Part shown: piece after piece, positions 34,298 to 44,435 of the stretch
Numbering within the stretch: the first letter of the stretch is position 1
Layout: every line of letters begins with the position of its first letter
Origin: an uncultured SAR86 cluster bacterium
GTDB taxonomy: Bacteria > Pseudomonadota > Gammaproteobacteria > Magnimaribacterales > AG-339-G14
Direction: 5' to 3'
NCBI GenBank assembly: GCA_902526045.1
Contig: CABZJI010000001.1
Coordinates: 189,248-253,247, forward strand
DNA length: 64,000 bases
Position numbers and translations under genes: made by a program
The notes under the pieces: model-generated
The model's input: only the letters and a program-made list of their open reading frames with translations
Told to the model about the DNA's origin: nothing
The model's database searches: none

Positions 34298-34848
34298 TAT
34301 ATGAACCGAGGCAATTCTAAGTTTGCTCCTAAAGTTAGTAAGATCCTATCAATCTGTATCAGGAGAAAAAATACAATGATCGGTGAAAAGTCTATTCCTG
34401 AGAACGAAGCAAACCTTTGAAAAGGTAAAAGCAAAGGTCGCGTAAGACCATGACATATATTCAAAAAGGAATTATTTGACATGGGCGCTAGCCAACTGGC
34501 AAATATTGAAATAAATAAACTATATCTGATTATTTGTGAGGCCATATATAGAGACCCAATAGCCGCCCAAGACAGGGCATCTAGAGTATCGAATATTTGA
34601 TCGGCACTATAAATCAAATTGAATAAACCAAACTTTGCCAAGATTACTAAAGCCAATGCAGATAAATCTATCCCAAACAAAATAGGTAAAACATACCTCA
34701 AAGGCTTTAGAAAAGGTTCTAAATACTTAAAAGAATTCGAAATGATTGGATTATTAAAACTAAGTTGAAACAATCTAAAGAGTACATACAGCAAAAAAAT
34801 AGCTGAAAAAAAATTCACCAAAGCTATAAGAAAAAAGTTATTTGCCAT
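34297..34848 (-). CDS. yggT: YggT family membrane protein
   Basis: 183 aa with 4-5 TM helices. It sits in the conserved position between proC and metX. Confidence 0.7.
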   Translation of the reverse strand: MANNFFLIALVNFFSAIFLLYVLFRLFQLSFNNPIISNSFKYLEPFLKPLRYVLPILFGIDLSALALVILAKFGLFNLIYSADQIFDTLDALSWAAIGSLYMASQIIRYSLFISIFASWLAPMSNNSFLNICHGLTRPLLLPFQRFASFSGIDFSPIIVFFLLIQIDRILLTLGANLELPRFI

Positions 34849-34849
34849 T

Positions 34850-35620
34850 TCAGTCGTTTATTTTCTTTGATCTTTCAATTGCATTACTGATTGCTTGTGA
34901 AATGATCTCATTAATTCCAGCAGACTTCATTGTATTTAAAGCTTCTTCTGTGACTCCTTTTCTGGAAGCAACTTTATTTTGAACTTCAGCAAATCCAGCT
35001 GATTCATTTTCTAGAAGTAATTCCCCAGCAGTAAACATGACTGATGCTAGATCTTTGTCGGACATAGATAAACCATTGTCTGTAGCAAGTTTGCTCATAG
35101 TTTCTGCTACAAGAGCAAAATAAGCCGGCCCTGCACCGTAAATGGCAGTGAATGCATCAATGTCTTTTTCTTCTAATATGTAAGTATTACCAAGTTTAGA
35201 AATAATCACTTCAGTTTGATCAACCAATGCCTTATCTTTCATTTTAGAAATAGCAATAGGTCCATTTTTGAAGCCTATTCCAAGAGAGGGCATAGTTCTA
35301 ACGATATTTTTGTAGCCGCCAGCTAATTCGACAAGCTTAGTTCTTGAGATGCCAGCAACAAATGAGATTACTAATTGATTCTGTAATTGTGAGGAAATTA
35401 AGGAAAGAACCTCCGCAGTTACGTTAGGCTTTACTGCTATAAATATTACGTCACATTTTTTTGCTAAATCGATTGTGTCCAACTTTTCTGCCATTAAGTT
35501 CTCAGCAGCTTGATTGATTGAAAGATTTGAATAAAAGATATTGTAAGTATCGGACAAGGTTTTAATTGCCTGCAAAGCTAAATTTCCGCATCCTATGAAG
35601 CCAATGTTTTGTTTACTCAT
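34850..35620 (-). CDS. proC: pyrroline-5-carboxylate reductase
   Basis: 256 aa with IGFIGCGNLA, VKPN and GSGPAY-like GAGPAYF motifs. Confidence 0.85.
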   Translation of the reverse strand: MSKQNIGFIGCGNLALQAIKTLSDTYNIFYSNLSINQAAENLMAEKLDTIDLAKKCDVIFIAVKPNVTAEVLSLISSQLQNQLVISFVAGISRTKLVELAGGYKNIVRTMPSLGIGFKNGPIAISKMKDKALVDQTEVIISKLGNTYILEEKDIDAFTAIYGAGPAYFALVAETMSKLATDNGLSMSDKDLASVMFTAGELLLENESAGFAEVQNKVASRKGVTEEALNTMKSAGINEIISQAISNAIERSKKIND

Positions 35621-36282
35621 CGTTTACCAAATATTGATTCACCAACCCTAATCATGGTCGATCCATGCTTAATGCCCATTTCAAAGTCCTGCGAGGTTCC
35701 CAAGGAAAGCTCATCAGCAGGAGAATAATGATTTTTGAGTTGATCGCTAAGGATATTCATCTTCTCATATTCTTTTTCATTAATCTTTCCGTCTAAGGAA
35801 GGTGAGGGAAGCGCCATTAATCCTTTAAGATCTAAATATTTCGATTCAATCACCATCTCTGCTAGAGGCATGAGGCCGTTTGCAGTAACGCCTGACTTAC
35901 TTTCTTCTTCGCTGACATTAACTTGAATTAAAACTTTAATTTTTCTTTCAGTAGCATCAAGTGCATTTACTATTTTTGCCCTATCAATTGTATGCACCCA
36001 AGAAAAATATTGAGCAATCTGAGGACTTTTCTTAGATTGAATGTTACCAATAAAATGCCAGTCTATTTCTTTTGAATTTATGGATGAAATTTTCTCAATT
36101 GATTCTTGTAAATAATTTTCGCCAAAGTTGGTCAATCCAAGGTGATGAGCTGCTGCGATTAAATCCACACCTTTCTTTTTTGAAACTGCAATTAATTTTA
36201 TCTCTTCTACAGATCTACCTGCCTGGATAGCAGCAGACTTTATTTTGTTATTAATTCTTGCAATGTTATCTGAAATATCCAT
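35617..36282 (-). CDS. yggS: YggS-family pyridoxal-phosphate homeostasis protein
   Basis: 221 aa with LIAVSKKK (PLP lysine), HFIGNIQSKK and MIRVGESIFG. Confidence 0.85.
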   Translation of the reverse strand: MDISDNIARINNKIKSAAIQAGRSVEEIKLIAVSKKKGVDLIAAAHHLGLTNFGENYLQESIEKISSINSKEIDWHFIGNIQSKKSPQIAQYFSWVHTIDRAKIVNALDATERKIKVLIQVNVSEEESKSGVTANGLMPLAEMVIESKYLDLKGLMALPSPSLDGKINEKEYEKMNILSDQLKNHYSPADELSLGTSQDFEMGIKHGSTMIRVGESIFGKR

Positions 36283-37994
36283 TACATTTTTTCAGGTGAA
36301 CTAATACCTAAAATACTTAATCCATCTTTAATGACTGCCTGACTTGCTAATGACAATGCTATTCTTGCATTTCTTGATCTATCATCTATGTCTAAGATTG
36401 TATGAAAGTTATAAAACGAATGAAAGATCGCTGCTAGGTCTCTAAGGTAAAAACACAAAGAATGGATTTCTCTTTTATCAAAACATCGCTCAAGGGTTAG
36501 TTGGTAACTGTTGATCTGTGACACAAGCTCATTTTCTTTAGTAGAAGATAAAGATGATAGAGCTTCAGAGCCTTCCGCATGGGAATAATAAAATCCTCTT
36601 TCTTGTAACTCTTTCATCAAGCTGCAGATTCGAGCGTGAGCATACTGAATATAGTAAACGGGATTATCTTTATTTTTCTTTTTAGCAAGTTCAATATCAA
36701 ACTCAAGCGTTTGATCGGACCTTCTTTCCAAGAAGAAATACCTTACGGCATCTACACCTACCTCATCGATGAGTTTCTTTAAGCTTACAAACTCTCCTGA
36801 TCTTGTAGACATTGCAACTCTATTCTTTCCTCTAATCAAAGAAACAAACTGTATAAAAATCGTTTTAAGTTTTTTGCTTTCGTAGCCCAGGCCTTTTAAG
36901 GATGCATTTATTCTGGGTAGATAACCATGATGATCTGATCCCCATAGATTTATCATTTCATCAAACTTTCTATCAAATTTATTTTTATGGTAGACCAGAT
37001 CAGAGGCAAAATAAGTAGGTGCTTCATTCTCTCTAATTAAAACCCTATCTTTTTCATCTCCAAAATCTGTTGATCTATACCAAATAGCTCCATCTTTATC
37101 GTAACTCAGACCTTTCTTACTGAGATAATTCAAAGTTTTATGAAACTCTGACTTTTTAGAGTCTTTGTAGAGACTGGATTCAAAAAAGAATTCATCATGG
37201 AACGTATTAAATTCTTTTAAGTCAGTTTTGATGCCATCTAAGATTTTTGTGAGTGCAAATTTTCCTAACTCTTCGAAATCAGACAACTCTCTTTTTGCCA
37301 AAATGAGCCAGTCGCCAAAATCTGTTGGAAGTTTTTCTGGAAGAGTAAATTCATATTTATTTTTTTCATTTTTTTTCAAGTCACTTGCGAGACTTTTCAA
37401 ATAATCTCCTTGATAACACTCCTTAGGTAATTTAATTCTTTCTCCATTAAGAGAAAGATAATTGAGCAATAGACTCAGACCAAGGGTCTCTATTTGTAAG
37501 CCTTGGTCGTTAACGTAATACTCTTGTTTGACTTCACTTCCTGCTCTGGATAAAAGATTTGATAAAGCTGAGCCCAAAGCAGCTCCTCTTCCGTGACCAA
37601 TATGAATAGGACCGGTTGGATTACTTGATACATATTCAATTAATATCTTCTGTTTAACTTTGCCATTGATAAGGAATGGATCTTTTTGTTCTAAGCATTG
37701 TTCAATAAAACTAAATTTTTGTTTAGAGGAAAGATAAAAATTTAAGAAGCCTGCTCCTGCAATCTCGATTTTTGTTATCCACTCCTCTTTAGTAAGGTTT
37801 TTAATTAATCGTTTAGCAATTTCTCTTGGATTATCATCAGATTTTGCAGCAAGTTTCATGCAAATATTTGAAGTCCAATCTCCAAACTCTAAAGTTTTCG
37901 GTTCAAAAACCTCAATTTGAGATGCCTTTGTGACCCCTTTAAGATTGGAAGCCTTAATTTCTTCAAAAAGAAGCTTTTGGATATCCTCTTTCAA
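36282..37994 (-). CDS. argS: arginine--tRNA ligase
   Basis: 570 aa with a class-I HIGH motif (SNPTGPIHIGHGRG), an MSTRSG (KMSKS-equivalent) motif and the typical C-terminal Met. Confidence 0.95.
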   Translation of the reverse strand: MKEDIQKLLFEEIKASNLKGVTKASQIEVFEPKTLEFGDWTSNICMKLAAKSDDNPREIAKRLIKNLTKEEWITKIEIAGAGFLNFYLSSKQKFSFIEQCLEQKDPFLINGKVKQKILIEYVSSNPTGPIHIGHGRGAALGSALSNLLSRAGSEVKQEYYVNDQGLQIETLGLSLLLNYLSLNGERIKLPKECYQGDYLKSLASDLKKNEKNKYEFTLPEKLPTDFGDWLILAKRELSDFEELGKFALTKILDGIKTDLKEFNTFHDEFFFESSLYKDSKKSEFHKTLNYLSKKGLSYDKDGAIWYRSTDFGDEKDRVLIRENEAPTYFASDLVYHKNKFDRKFDEMINLWGSDHHGYLPRINASLKGLGYESKKLKTIFIQFVSLIRGKNRVAMSTRSGEFVSLKKLIDEVGVDAVRYFFLERRSDQTLEFDIELAKKKNKDNPVYYIQYAHARICSLMKELQERGFYYSHAEGSEALSSLSSTKENELVSQINSYQLTLERCFDKREIHSLCFYLRDLAAIFHSFYNFHTILDIDDRSRNARIALSLASQAVIKDGLSILGISSPEKM

Positions 37995-38560
37995 TCTTTC
38001 ACTCTACTTTGGTATTCACAAGTTCTAGTATCAATTTTTAATATATCTCCAATTTCAATAAACAATGGGACTTTCACTTCTACCCCATTTTTGAGAATTG
38101 CTGGTTTCGTTGCACCTGTAGCAGTGTCTCCTTTAAATCCAGGCTCAGTTTCTGCCACCTCTATATCAACGAATGTATCTACCTCAACAGAAAGAGGCGA
38201 GCCTTCAAATAATAAGACTTCATAAGATTCACCTTCTTCCATCCATTGAATTGAGTCACCAAGGTCTCTTTTTGTAAAACTCTCTTGATCGAAGCTATTA
38301 TTATTCATCATTACAATTTCTTCGCCGCTTTCGTACAAAAACTGCATGGGTATGTTCTCAAGATCGGCTTTTTCTAGAGATTCTCCAGTTTTATAAGTTT
38401 TTTCCCACACCCTATTGGATTTTAAATTTTTAAACTTCACTCGCATTACTGCTTGCCCCTTGCCAGGTTTGTGAAATTCATGCTCGAGTATTTCACAAGG
38501 ATCACCTTCAACGATAAGTTTCAGTCCATTTTTGAACTCATTTGTGCTAACAGAAGCCAT
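37991..38560 (-). CDS. efp: elongation factor P
   Basis: 189 aa with FKNGLKLIVEGDPCEILEHEFHKPGKGQAVMRVKFKNL. Confidence 0.95.
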   Translation of the reverse strand: MASVSTNEFKNGLKLIVEGDPCEILEHEFHKPGKGQAVMRVKFKNLKSNRVWEKTYKTGESLEKADLENIPMQFLYESGEEIVMMNNNSFDQESFTKRDLGDSIQWMEEGESYEVLLFEGSPLSVEVDTFVDIEVAETEPGFKGDTATGATKPAILKNGVEVKVPLFIEIGDILKIDTRTCEYQSRVKD

Positions 38561-38752
38561 GATGAATTTTACATTAGAGTGGCAAATATTTTCATAGATA
38601 GATGTTGATTTTTTATATGAATTCCAATAAAAGAAAAACTAATAAGATTGTTGCTTTGATAAGTTATTCTTACTAAAGTAGTTGAACAAAAAAAATCCGC
38701 CCAGCAAAAATTTGAGTATTAATTTTTGTTGGCTTTGTTATAGGGAGATGAA

Positions 38753-39526
38753 ATGTTTAATAAAACAGTTAAAAAGCTAAAAATCACTGTCTTTATTATT
38801 GCTTGTTCTTTTTCAGGGGCAATTTTTGCTCAGCTTCAACCAGTTCTTCAAGTTAATGATGAAAGAACCGACAGAGCGGCAACTTCTCAAACTGCTATAG
38901 ATGGTTTTCAAGATAACACAGATAAATTATCGGCTGAATACAAAATAGTGAGCAAGCAAATTGAGGGGCTTAAGGTGTATAACGCTCAAAAAAGGAAACA
39001 AATAAAAAGACAAATAGAAAGGATGGAAGAAATTGAAACAACCATGAAGGATGCATCGGTTCTTCAAAGACAAATTCCACCATTATCAAGAAGAATGTAT
39101 GAAGGGTTAAAAAGTTTCATTTCTCTAGACTTGCCATTTAGGCTGGGGGAGAGAGAAGAGAGATTATCATTTATTCAAAAGGCCTTAGATAACCCAACCG
39201 TTTCTCCCGCGGAGCAATTAAGACAAGTTCTTGAGGGTTATACAGTCGAGTCCGAGTACGGAATGAAAATGGATACTTATAAAGACACAATCACTATTGA
39301 TGGCCAAGATCGTGAGGTAAATATCCTTAGAGTCGGTAGGTTAGTTTTAGCTTACCAAACTTCTGATCTTGATCAGACTGGAGTATGGAACAAAGAGACG
39401 AATACTTGGGAAGAACTGCCATCTAGATATAGAAATCCCGTAAAAAACGGTATTCGAATAGCTCAAAAACTTCAAACAGTTAACATTTTAGAGATGCCAA
39501 TACCTGCAGCTGGGGTGGTCCAATGA
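38753..39526 (+). CDS. DUF3450 protein (TtpB-like, TonB2-system accessory)
   Basis: 257 aa with a signal peptide, a coiled coil, then LDLPFRLGEREERL...LEGYTVESEYG...ILRVGRLVLAYQT. Confidence 0.78.
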   Translation: MFNKTVKKLKITVFIIACSFSGAIFAQLQPVLQVNDERTDRAATSQTAIDGFQDNTDKLSAEYKIVSKQIEGLKVYNAQKRKQIKRQIERMEEIETTMKDASVLQRQIPPLSRRMYEGLKSFISLDLPFRLGEREERLSFIQKALDNPTVSPAEQLRQVLEGYTVESEYGMKMDTYKDTITIDGQDREVNILRVGRLVLAYQTSDLDQTGVWNKETNTWEELPSRYRNPVKNGIRIAQKLQTVNILEMPIPAAGVVQ

Positions 39527-40899
39527 AAAAATTATTATTGATATTTTTTGTAGGGTTATTCTTGAACCCTATCTTTTCTCAAGAAGAAGAGAAGCCTGAA
39601 TCAATGGCTTCTTCTCTTGATGAGCTATTAGAACTTGTAAAACAAGGAAAGTTTGCTGAATCAGAAGAAGCGTCTGAAAGAGAAGATAGATTTAGGACAG
39701 AGCGTAATAGACAGCAGAAACTCTTAACTGATGCTAAAGCTGAAAGAGCTCGTTTGGAGAGAATAGCTGAAGAACTAGAGGCACAGTTTGAAGCTAACGA
39801 CGCAAAACTAGTTGTCCTCGAGGAGCAACTCAAAGAAAGACTTGGCTCTCTTTATGAAATGTTCGGGCATCTTCAAAGTACTGCTAGCGATTCACTTGCT
39901 AGATTTGAAGAATCTATAACAGCTGCTCAATTTGGTAAGGATAGAGAATTATTCCTATCTGATTTAGCCAAAAAAATGAGTGAGGGTGTATCTCTGGCAT
40001 CAATTCCTGAATTAGAAAGGCTTTGGTTTGAGCTGTTAAGAGAGCTTGAAGCATCTGGATCAGTAGAAAAATTTAATGCAACAGTTGTAGATAATAACGG
40101 TAACGCATCCGAAGAGAACGTGGTCAGAGTTGGAACTTTTAATGCAGTTGCCGAAGGAAGTTATTTAAGTTACTTGAAAACAAGAGGAGCTTATGAGGTT
40201 CTTCCTAGACAACCTGCCAGATATACCGGTGGAACTTATGACTTATTTGATGAAAGTGCAGGATTTGTGCAATTTGGGGTCGATCCGACTGGACCTCAAG
40301 GAGGTACTTTACTTTCTAACTTAATAACTCTTCCAACTTTCAGTGAAAAAATTGCTCAAGGACGATTTGTCGGATATTTGATCCTTGTTTTATTGGCAAT
40401 ATCTGCTGCAGTATTCATTTGGCGTTTTTATATCCTTTATGCAGTTAGAAGGGGAGTTAATGCAGAAGCTGCAGGTAAGGGCTCAGGAAATAATGCCTTA
40501 TCAAGAGTTATGAAAGTAGCTGAAGAAGCTAGAGATGCAGATACAGAGACTCTCGAACTTAAGATGGCTGAACAAATTCTTGCTGAAAGACCGGCGATAG
40601 AAGCTTACATCTGGGTAGTTAAATTAATTGCTGCAGTAGCTCCGCTTCTAGGTTTATTTGGAACGATCATCGGAATGATTAATACCTTCCAGGCAATCAC
40701 TTTGTTTGGAACGGGTGATCCAAAAACAATGGCAAGCGGTATTTCAGAAGCTCTTGTTACAACTTGGTTAGGTTTGATGTGCGCTATACCATCGGTATTT
40801 ATGGCAGCAATCCTTGCTAATTACTCCAAAGGTATCTTGTCTATCATTGAGGAACAAAGCACTGGAATGGTTGCTGCAAGATCAGAAGGTAAAGCTTAG
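39523..40899 (+). CDS. MotA/TolQ/ExbB-family proton channel, long form (TtpC-like)
   Basis: 458 aa. A long periplasmic coiled-coil N-terminal region is followed by a C-terminal channel motif (AAVAPLLGLFGTIIGMINTF). It overlaps the upstream gene by ATGA. Confidence 0.85.
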   Translation: MKKLLLIFFVGLFLNPIFSQEEEKPESMASSLDELLELVKQGKFAESEEASEREDRFRTERNRQQKLLTDAKAERARLERIAEELEAQFEANDAKLVVLEEQLKERLGSLYEMFGHLQSTASDSLARFEESITAAQFGKDRELFLSDLAKKMSEGVSLASIPELERLWFELLRELEASGSVEKFNATVVDNNGNASEENVVRVGTFNAVAEGSYLSYLKTRGAYEVLPRQPARYTGGTYDLFDESAGFVQFGVDPTGPQGGTLLSNLITLPTFSEKIAQGRFVGYLILVLLAISAAVFIWRFYILYAVRRGVNAEAAGKGSGNNALSRVMKVAEEARDADTETLELKMAEQILAERPAIEAYIWVVKLIAAVAPLLGLFGTIIGMINTFQAITLFGTGDPKTMASGISEALVTTWLGLMCAIPSVFMAAILANYSKGILSIIEEQSTGMVAARSEGKA

Positions 40900-40908
40900 C
40901 GATAAGAT

Positions 40909-41469
40909 ATGAGTTGGTTTTACGATCTTCAAGACCTTCTTTTCGAGTTTTTAGAAAAAGGAGGTCCCGTTGTTCTTCTAATTGGAGTCCTGATCATGGT
41001 TATGTGGATTCTTATTTTTGAAAGATTATGGTTTTTTAGATTTTCAAAACCACATCTTATTCAAGATGCCCGTGAGCAGTGGGATCAAGTAAGGTCAGAA
41101 AACGGTGGCCCCGGAAGAAAATCTTGGGAAGGTCACATGATAAGAAGTATGCTTATTTCTCAGGCAAGCTCATCAATAAATTCAAATATAGATTTGATAA
41201 AAGTATGCACCGCTGTTGCTCCTTTATTTGGATTATTTGGAACAATAACTGGAATGATGGAAGTATTCCATATCCTTGCTGTTACAGGAGGCGGTGATGC
41301 TAAAGCTATGGCAGGAGGTGTTGCAAGATCTACAATACCTGCGATGGCAGGTTTATTTGCTTCTATTCCTGCTTTATTGGCTTTGAGATCAATTGACCAA
41401 GCAGCTAAAAAGAATATTGAGATTCTTACAGAAAGGTTAACTTACGATAAAAAATTTGATGTAATTTAA
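40909..41469 (+). CDS. exbB: ExbB (MotA/TolQ/ExbB proton channel, short form)
   Basis: 186 aa with TAVAPLFGLFGTITGMMEVF. Confidence 0.85.
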   Translation: MSWFYDLQDLLFEFLEKGGPVVLLIGVLIMVMWILIFERLWFFRFSKPHLIQDAREQWDQVRSENGGPGRKSWEGHMIRSMLISQASSSINSNIDLIKVCTAVAPLFGLFGTITGMMEVFHILAVTGGGDAKAMAGGVARSTIPAMAGLFASIPALLALRSIDQAAKKNIEILTERLTYDKKFDVI

Positions 41470-41481
41470 AGAGGACAACTT

Positions 41482-41892
41482 ATGAGAAGAGCACCTATAA
41501 GCCAGGCCGTAGCAGAAGAAGAAGAAATTAATATCACACCGATGTTAGATGTAGTATTTATTCTGCTAATTTTCTTTATCGTTACAGCAAACTTTATTAA
41601 AGAACCTGGTCTAGAAGTAAACAGGCCAGATTCAGAAACAGCTGAGCCTACGGAAAATGCAGCAATTTTAATTGCTGTAGGTAACGCAGGTGAAATTTAC
41701 ATGGATGGCCGGAGGATTGATAAACGTCAGGTAAAAGCAAATGTTGTAAGACTGTTAGCTGAAAATCCTCAAGGATCTGTGGTTATCCAAGCTGACGAAA
41801 AAGCAACGGCTGACACAATTATGGCTGTAATGGATGGTGCCAGGGAAGCTGGAGTCTATAACATCTCTCTTGCATCGGAACCTCAGTTTTAA
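41482..41892 (+). CDS. exbD: ExbD biopolymer transport protein
   Basis: 136 aa with INITPMLDVVFILLIFFIV and a periplasmic ExbD/TolR fold region. Confidence 0.9.
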   Translation: MRRAPISQAVAEEEEINITPMLDVVFILLIFFIVTANFIKEPGLEVNRPDSETAEPTENAAILIAVGNAGEIYMDGRRIDKRQVKANVVRLLAENPQGSVVIQADEKATADTIMAVMDGAREAGVYNISLASEPQF

Positions 41893-41894
41893 CT

Positions 41895-42551
41895 ATGGCG
41901 ATCGGTTTAAATAAAGGCGATTATCAGAAATACGGTCTCATTGCTGCCGGCGGGACTGCTTTTGCAATTTTTTCTCTACTATTTATGGCAGCTTTAATAG
42001 CAACCGGAGACGTTTCACTTGACGATATTAATACTCGAAAGATAGCTGATTTTCTTATGCCAGAAAGGGAGCTTGAGTTAATGGATGATTCTATGGAAAG
42101 GCCTGAAGAGCAGGAACCTCCCCCAGACATGCTACCTCCTGATGTTGAAATGGATTCTATGGAAGATTTATCTGGAAACATAGCGCCAAAATTTAATTTT
42201 AAGGCCAGAAGACAAGGAGTTTTTGCTGATGGAGCATATGTTCCGATCTTTCAAATTCCTCCGCAGTATCCAAGAAGGGCAGCAGAAAGAGGCATCGAAG
42301 GTTGCGTTGTCGTTGAATACACTGTTACTACGATGGGGACTGTCAGAGATCCTGAAGTTATAGCAGCCAAACCTTCAGGAATATTTAATAGTTCGGCAAA
42401 AAGAGCTGCGTTAAAATATAAATATAAACCAATGATAAGAGACGGTGTCGCAGTGGAAGTTCCAGGGGTAAAACAAAGAATAACTTTTATATTAGAGGGA
42501 GAAGGTAAAGGACCTGATTATGTCCCTCAAAATTGTTTAGAAATGTATTAA
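41895..42551 (+). CDS. tonB: energy transducer TonB
   Basis: 218 aa. It has an N-terminal TM anchor, a Glu/Pro-rich spacer (EEQEPPPDMLPPDVE) and a C-terminal TonB domain (YPRRAAERGIEGCVVVEYTV). Confidence 0.85.
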   Translation: MAIGLNKGDYQKYGLIAAGGTAFAIFSLLFMAALIATGDVSLDDINTRKIADFLMPERELELMDDSMERPEEQEPPPDMLPPDVEMDSMEDLSGNIAPKFNFKARRQGVFADGAYVPIFQIPPQYPRRAAERGIEGCVVVEYTVTTMGTVRDPEVIAAKPSGIFNSSAKRAALKYKYKPMIRDGVAVEVPGVKQRITFILEGEGKGPDYVPQNCLEMY

Positions 42552-42552
42552 T

Positions 42553-43947
42553 ATGTTTAAGTTTTTATTAACAATTTCATTATCTTTTGTTTCTTTTCAT
42601 GCATTTGTTCAAGAAGAACAACCAAAAGAGAAACAGATACTTTTTCCTGAATACAAACTTGAAGATTGTCTAAAGAATCTTGATATCAAGAAAACCAGCA
42701 AAAGAAGATCTGCTAAGACTTTAAGTAGGTCTGTTCAAAGAATAATGGCTGATGTTTTTCCTCTTCTAGAGGAAGATCAATGGGATGAAGCTCTTTTATT
42801 ATTGGATCAAATCAAAGGTCTAGATAAAGCGACCGACACTGATTTAGCACAAATGTGGTACTACTATGCCTATGTTCACTTTTCTCAAGATAATTTGCGG
42901 CTTGCTAAATATGACTACCAACAATTTCTAGCAATTCCTGATACTGATCCGAGATTAAAGGCTGGAGTAATCTTCAGTCTTGCTCAAATTGCTTATTCAA
43001 GTGAGGACTATAGAGAGACGATCAAACGTTTAAAAGAATGGCTGGCGTTGGAAGAAGCACCCAGCTCAACCGGTTTCGACATCATGGCCGCAGCTCATTG
43101 GCAACTTAAGGAAAAGAAACTAGCTTTAAAAAATGCAGAGACTGCTATGTGTATTTCTAAGGCTAATCAAAAAATTCCGAGAGAAGGAACGTATAATCTT
43201 CTAGTAGCTTTATACAATGAAGTTGAAGATACATTATCAATGTTATCTCTCTACGAAGAATTAGTAGGTTTTTACCCCAAAAAAAGATATTGGGTTCAAC
43301 TTTCAGGCATTTACGGTGAATTGAAAGAAGAATCCAAACAATTGGGAGCTCTTGAGGCAGCCCACGATCAAAGGCTTCTTGATAAAGAAAACGAGTATGT
43401 AGTTTTGTATCAACTCTTAATGAGAGCCGAAGCACCTTTTAAAGCAGCAAAAGTTATTGATTATGGAATCAGAGAGGAATTCGTTGAAGAAAATGAAAAG
43501 CATCTTAAATATTTAGCTCAAGCTTGGCATCTATCACAGGAGCTAGATAAGGCAGAACCCGTCTATAAGAAGGCTGCTGAAAAAGCAAAAGATGGAGAAT
43601 TATTTGTTTTTTTAGGGCAGATATATCTTGCGACTGATAGATTGGATCTAGCTTCTGAAAGTTTAAAGAAGGGTCTTGAAAAAGGAAAACTGAAAGATCC
43701 CGTATCTGTGAATATCTTGCTAGGCCAAGTTGCCTATGAACAGCAAAAATTTGATGAGGCAACAACGTTCTTTAGAAAATCTCTTGATAAAGTAAGTGAT
43801 GTGAAAGGTAAAAACGAAGAAGATACTTTTAAAAAACAGGATAAGCTTAGAAATCAAGCCTTAAAGTGGCTTACTTATACTGAGAATGAAAGAGAGAGAG
43901 TTAGGATTCTTAACTTAAGAAGAAAAGATTTAGAAGAAAACGCCTAA
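42553..43947 (+). CDS. tetratricopeptide-repeat protein (TtpD-like)
   Basis: 464 aa with a signal peptide, all-helical with TPR-like repeats. It is the last gene of the Ton cluster. Confidence 0.7.
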   Translation: MFKFLLTISLSFVSFHAFVQEEQPKEKQILFPEYKLEDCLKNLDIKKTSKRRSAKTLSRSVQRIMADVFPLLEEDQWDEALLLLDQIKGLDKATDTDLAQMWYYYAYVHFSQDNLRLAKYDYQQFLAIPDTDPRLKAGVIFSLAQIAYSSEDYRETIKRLKEWLALEEAPSSTGFDIMAAAHWQLKEKKLALKNAETAMCISKANQKIPREGTYNLLVALYNEVEDTLSMLSLYEELVGFYPKKRYWVQLSGIYGELKEESKQLGALEAAHDQRLLDKENEYVVLYQLLMRAEAPFKAAKVIDYGIREEFVEENEKHLKYLAQAWHLSQELDKAEPVYKKAAEKAKDGELFVFLGQIYLATDRLDLASESLKKGLEKGKLKDPVSVNILLGQVAYEQQKFDEATTFFRKSLDKVSDVKGKNEEDTFKKQDKLRNQALKWLTYTENERERVRILNLRRKDLEENA

Positions 43948-44435
43948 GAGCTTTTTACGTATCTAATCAAGGCACAGTTCGTCCCAGAGCCTTCGTCAAA
44001 AAAGTTTTCTCTTTCTACTTCTTTCCAGTTCTCCCAATCAAAACCAGGCAGACTCACATCTCCCTCTACCTCAACATCAACTTTAGTAAGATAGAGTGTA
44101 TCCGCAAAAGTTTCTCCAGCTTTATATATTGCGTAACCACCAATCAAAAAAATATCCTTTTCTGGAAATTTTTCTTTTGAAAAATTTATAGCTTCATCCA
44201 ACGTATTAACAATTAGGCAGTTCTCTATCGATTTCAAAGTAGTTGATACAATAATATTTTCTCTATTTGGAAGGGCTTTACCAATCGATAAAAAGGTATT
44301 TCTTCCCATTATCACAACAGAATTACTTGTGATTTTTCTAAATCTTTTTAAGTCTTCAGATATTTGCCATGGAAGAGTTCCATCCTTTCCGATGTAACCA
44401 TTACTTGAAACGGCGACAATCAGACATAAATTCAT
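43944..44435 (-). CDS. folA: dihydrofolate reductase
   Basis: 163 aa with IVAVSSNGYIGKDGTLPW...VVIMGRNTF...IGG. Confidence 0.9.
   Translation of the reverse strand: MNLCLIVAVSSNGYIGKDGTLPWQISEDLKRFRKITSNSVVIMGRNTFLSIGKALPNRENIIVSTTLKSIENCLIVNTLDEAINFSKEKFPEKDIFLIGGYAIYKAGETFADTLYLTKVDVEVEGDVSLPGFDWENWKEVERENFFDEGSGTNCALIRYVKSS

Noticed and set aside
38561-38752. A Fur box or promoter in the efp/Ton-cluster divergent region (for example TTGATAAGTTATTCTTAC around 38656-38673), and a 24-codon mini-ORF starting near 38603.
   Set aside because: The best candidate matches the GATAATGATAATCATTATC consensus at only a few positions beyond the first GATAA, and AT-rich spacers produce such matches by chance. 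The mini-ORF has no SD and no distinguishing features.
42553-43947. Whether the TPR protein ending the Ton cluster could be the missing Slam (TPR plus DUF560 barrel) partner of the giant TbpB-like protein.
   Set aside because: The whole 464-aa sequence reads as helical TPR or coiled coil up to its charged C-terminus. It has no amphipathic beta-strand region and no C-terminal aromatic residue. It fits TtpD of TonB2 clusters instead.
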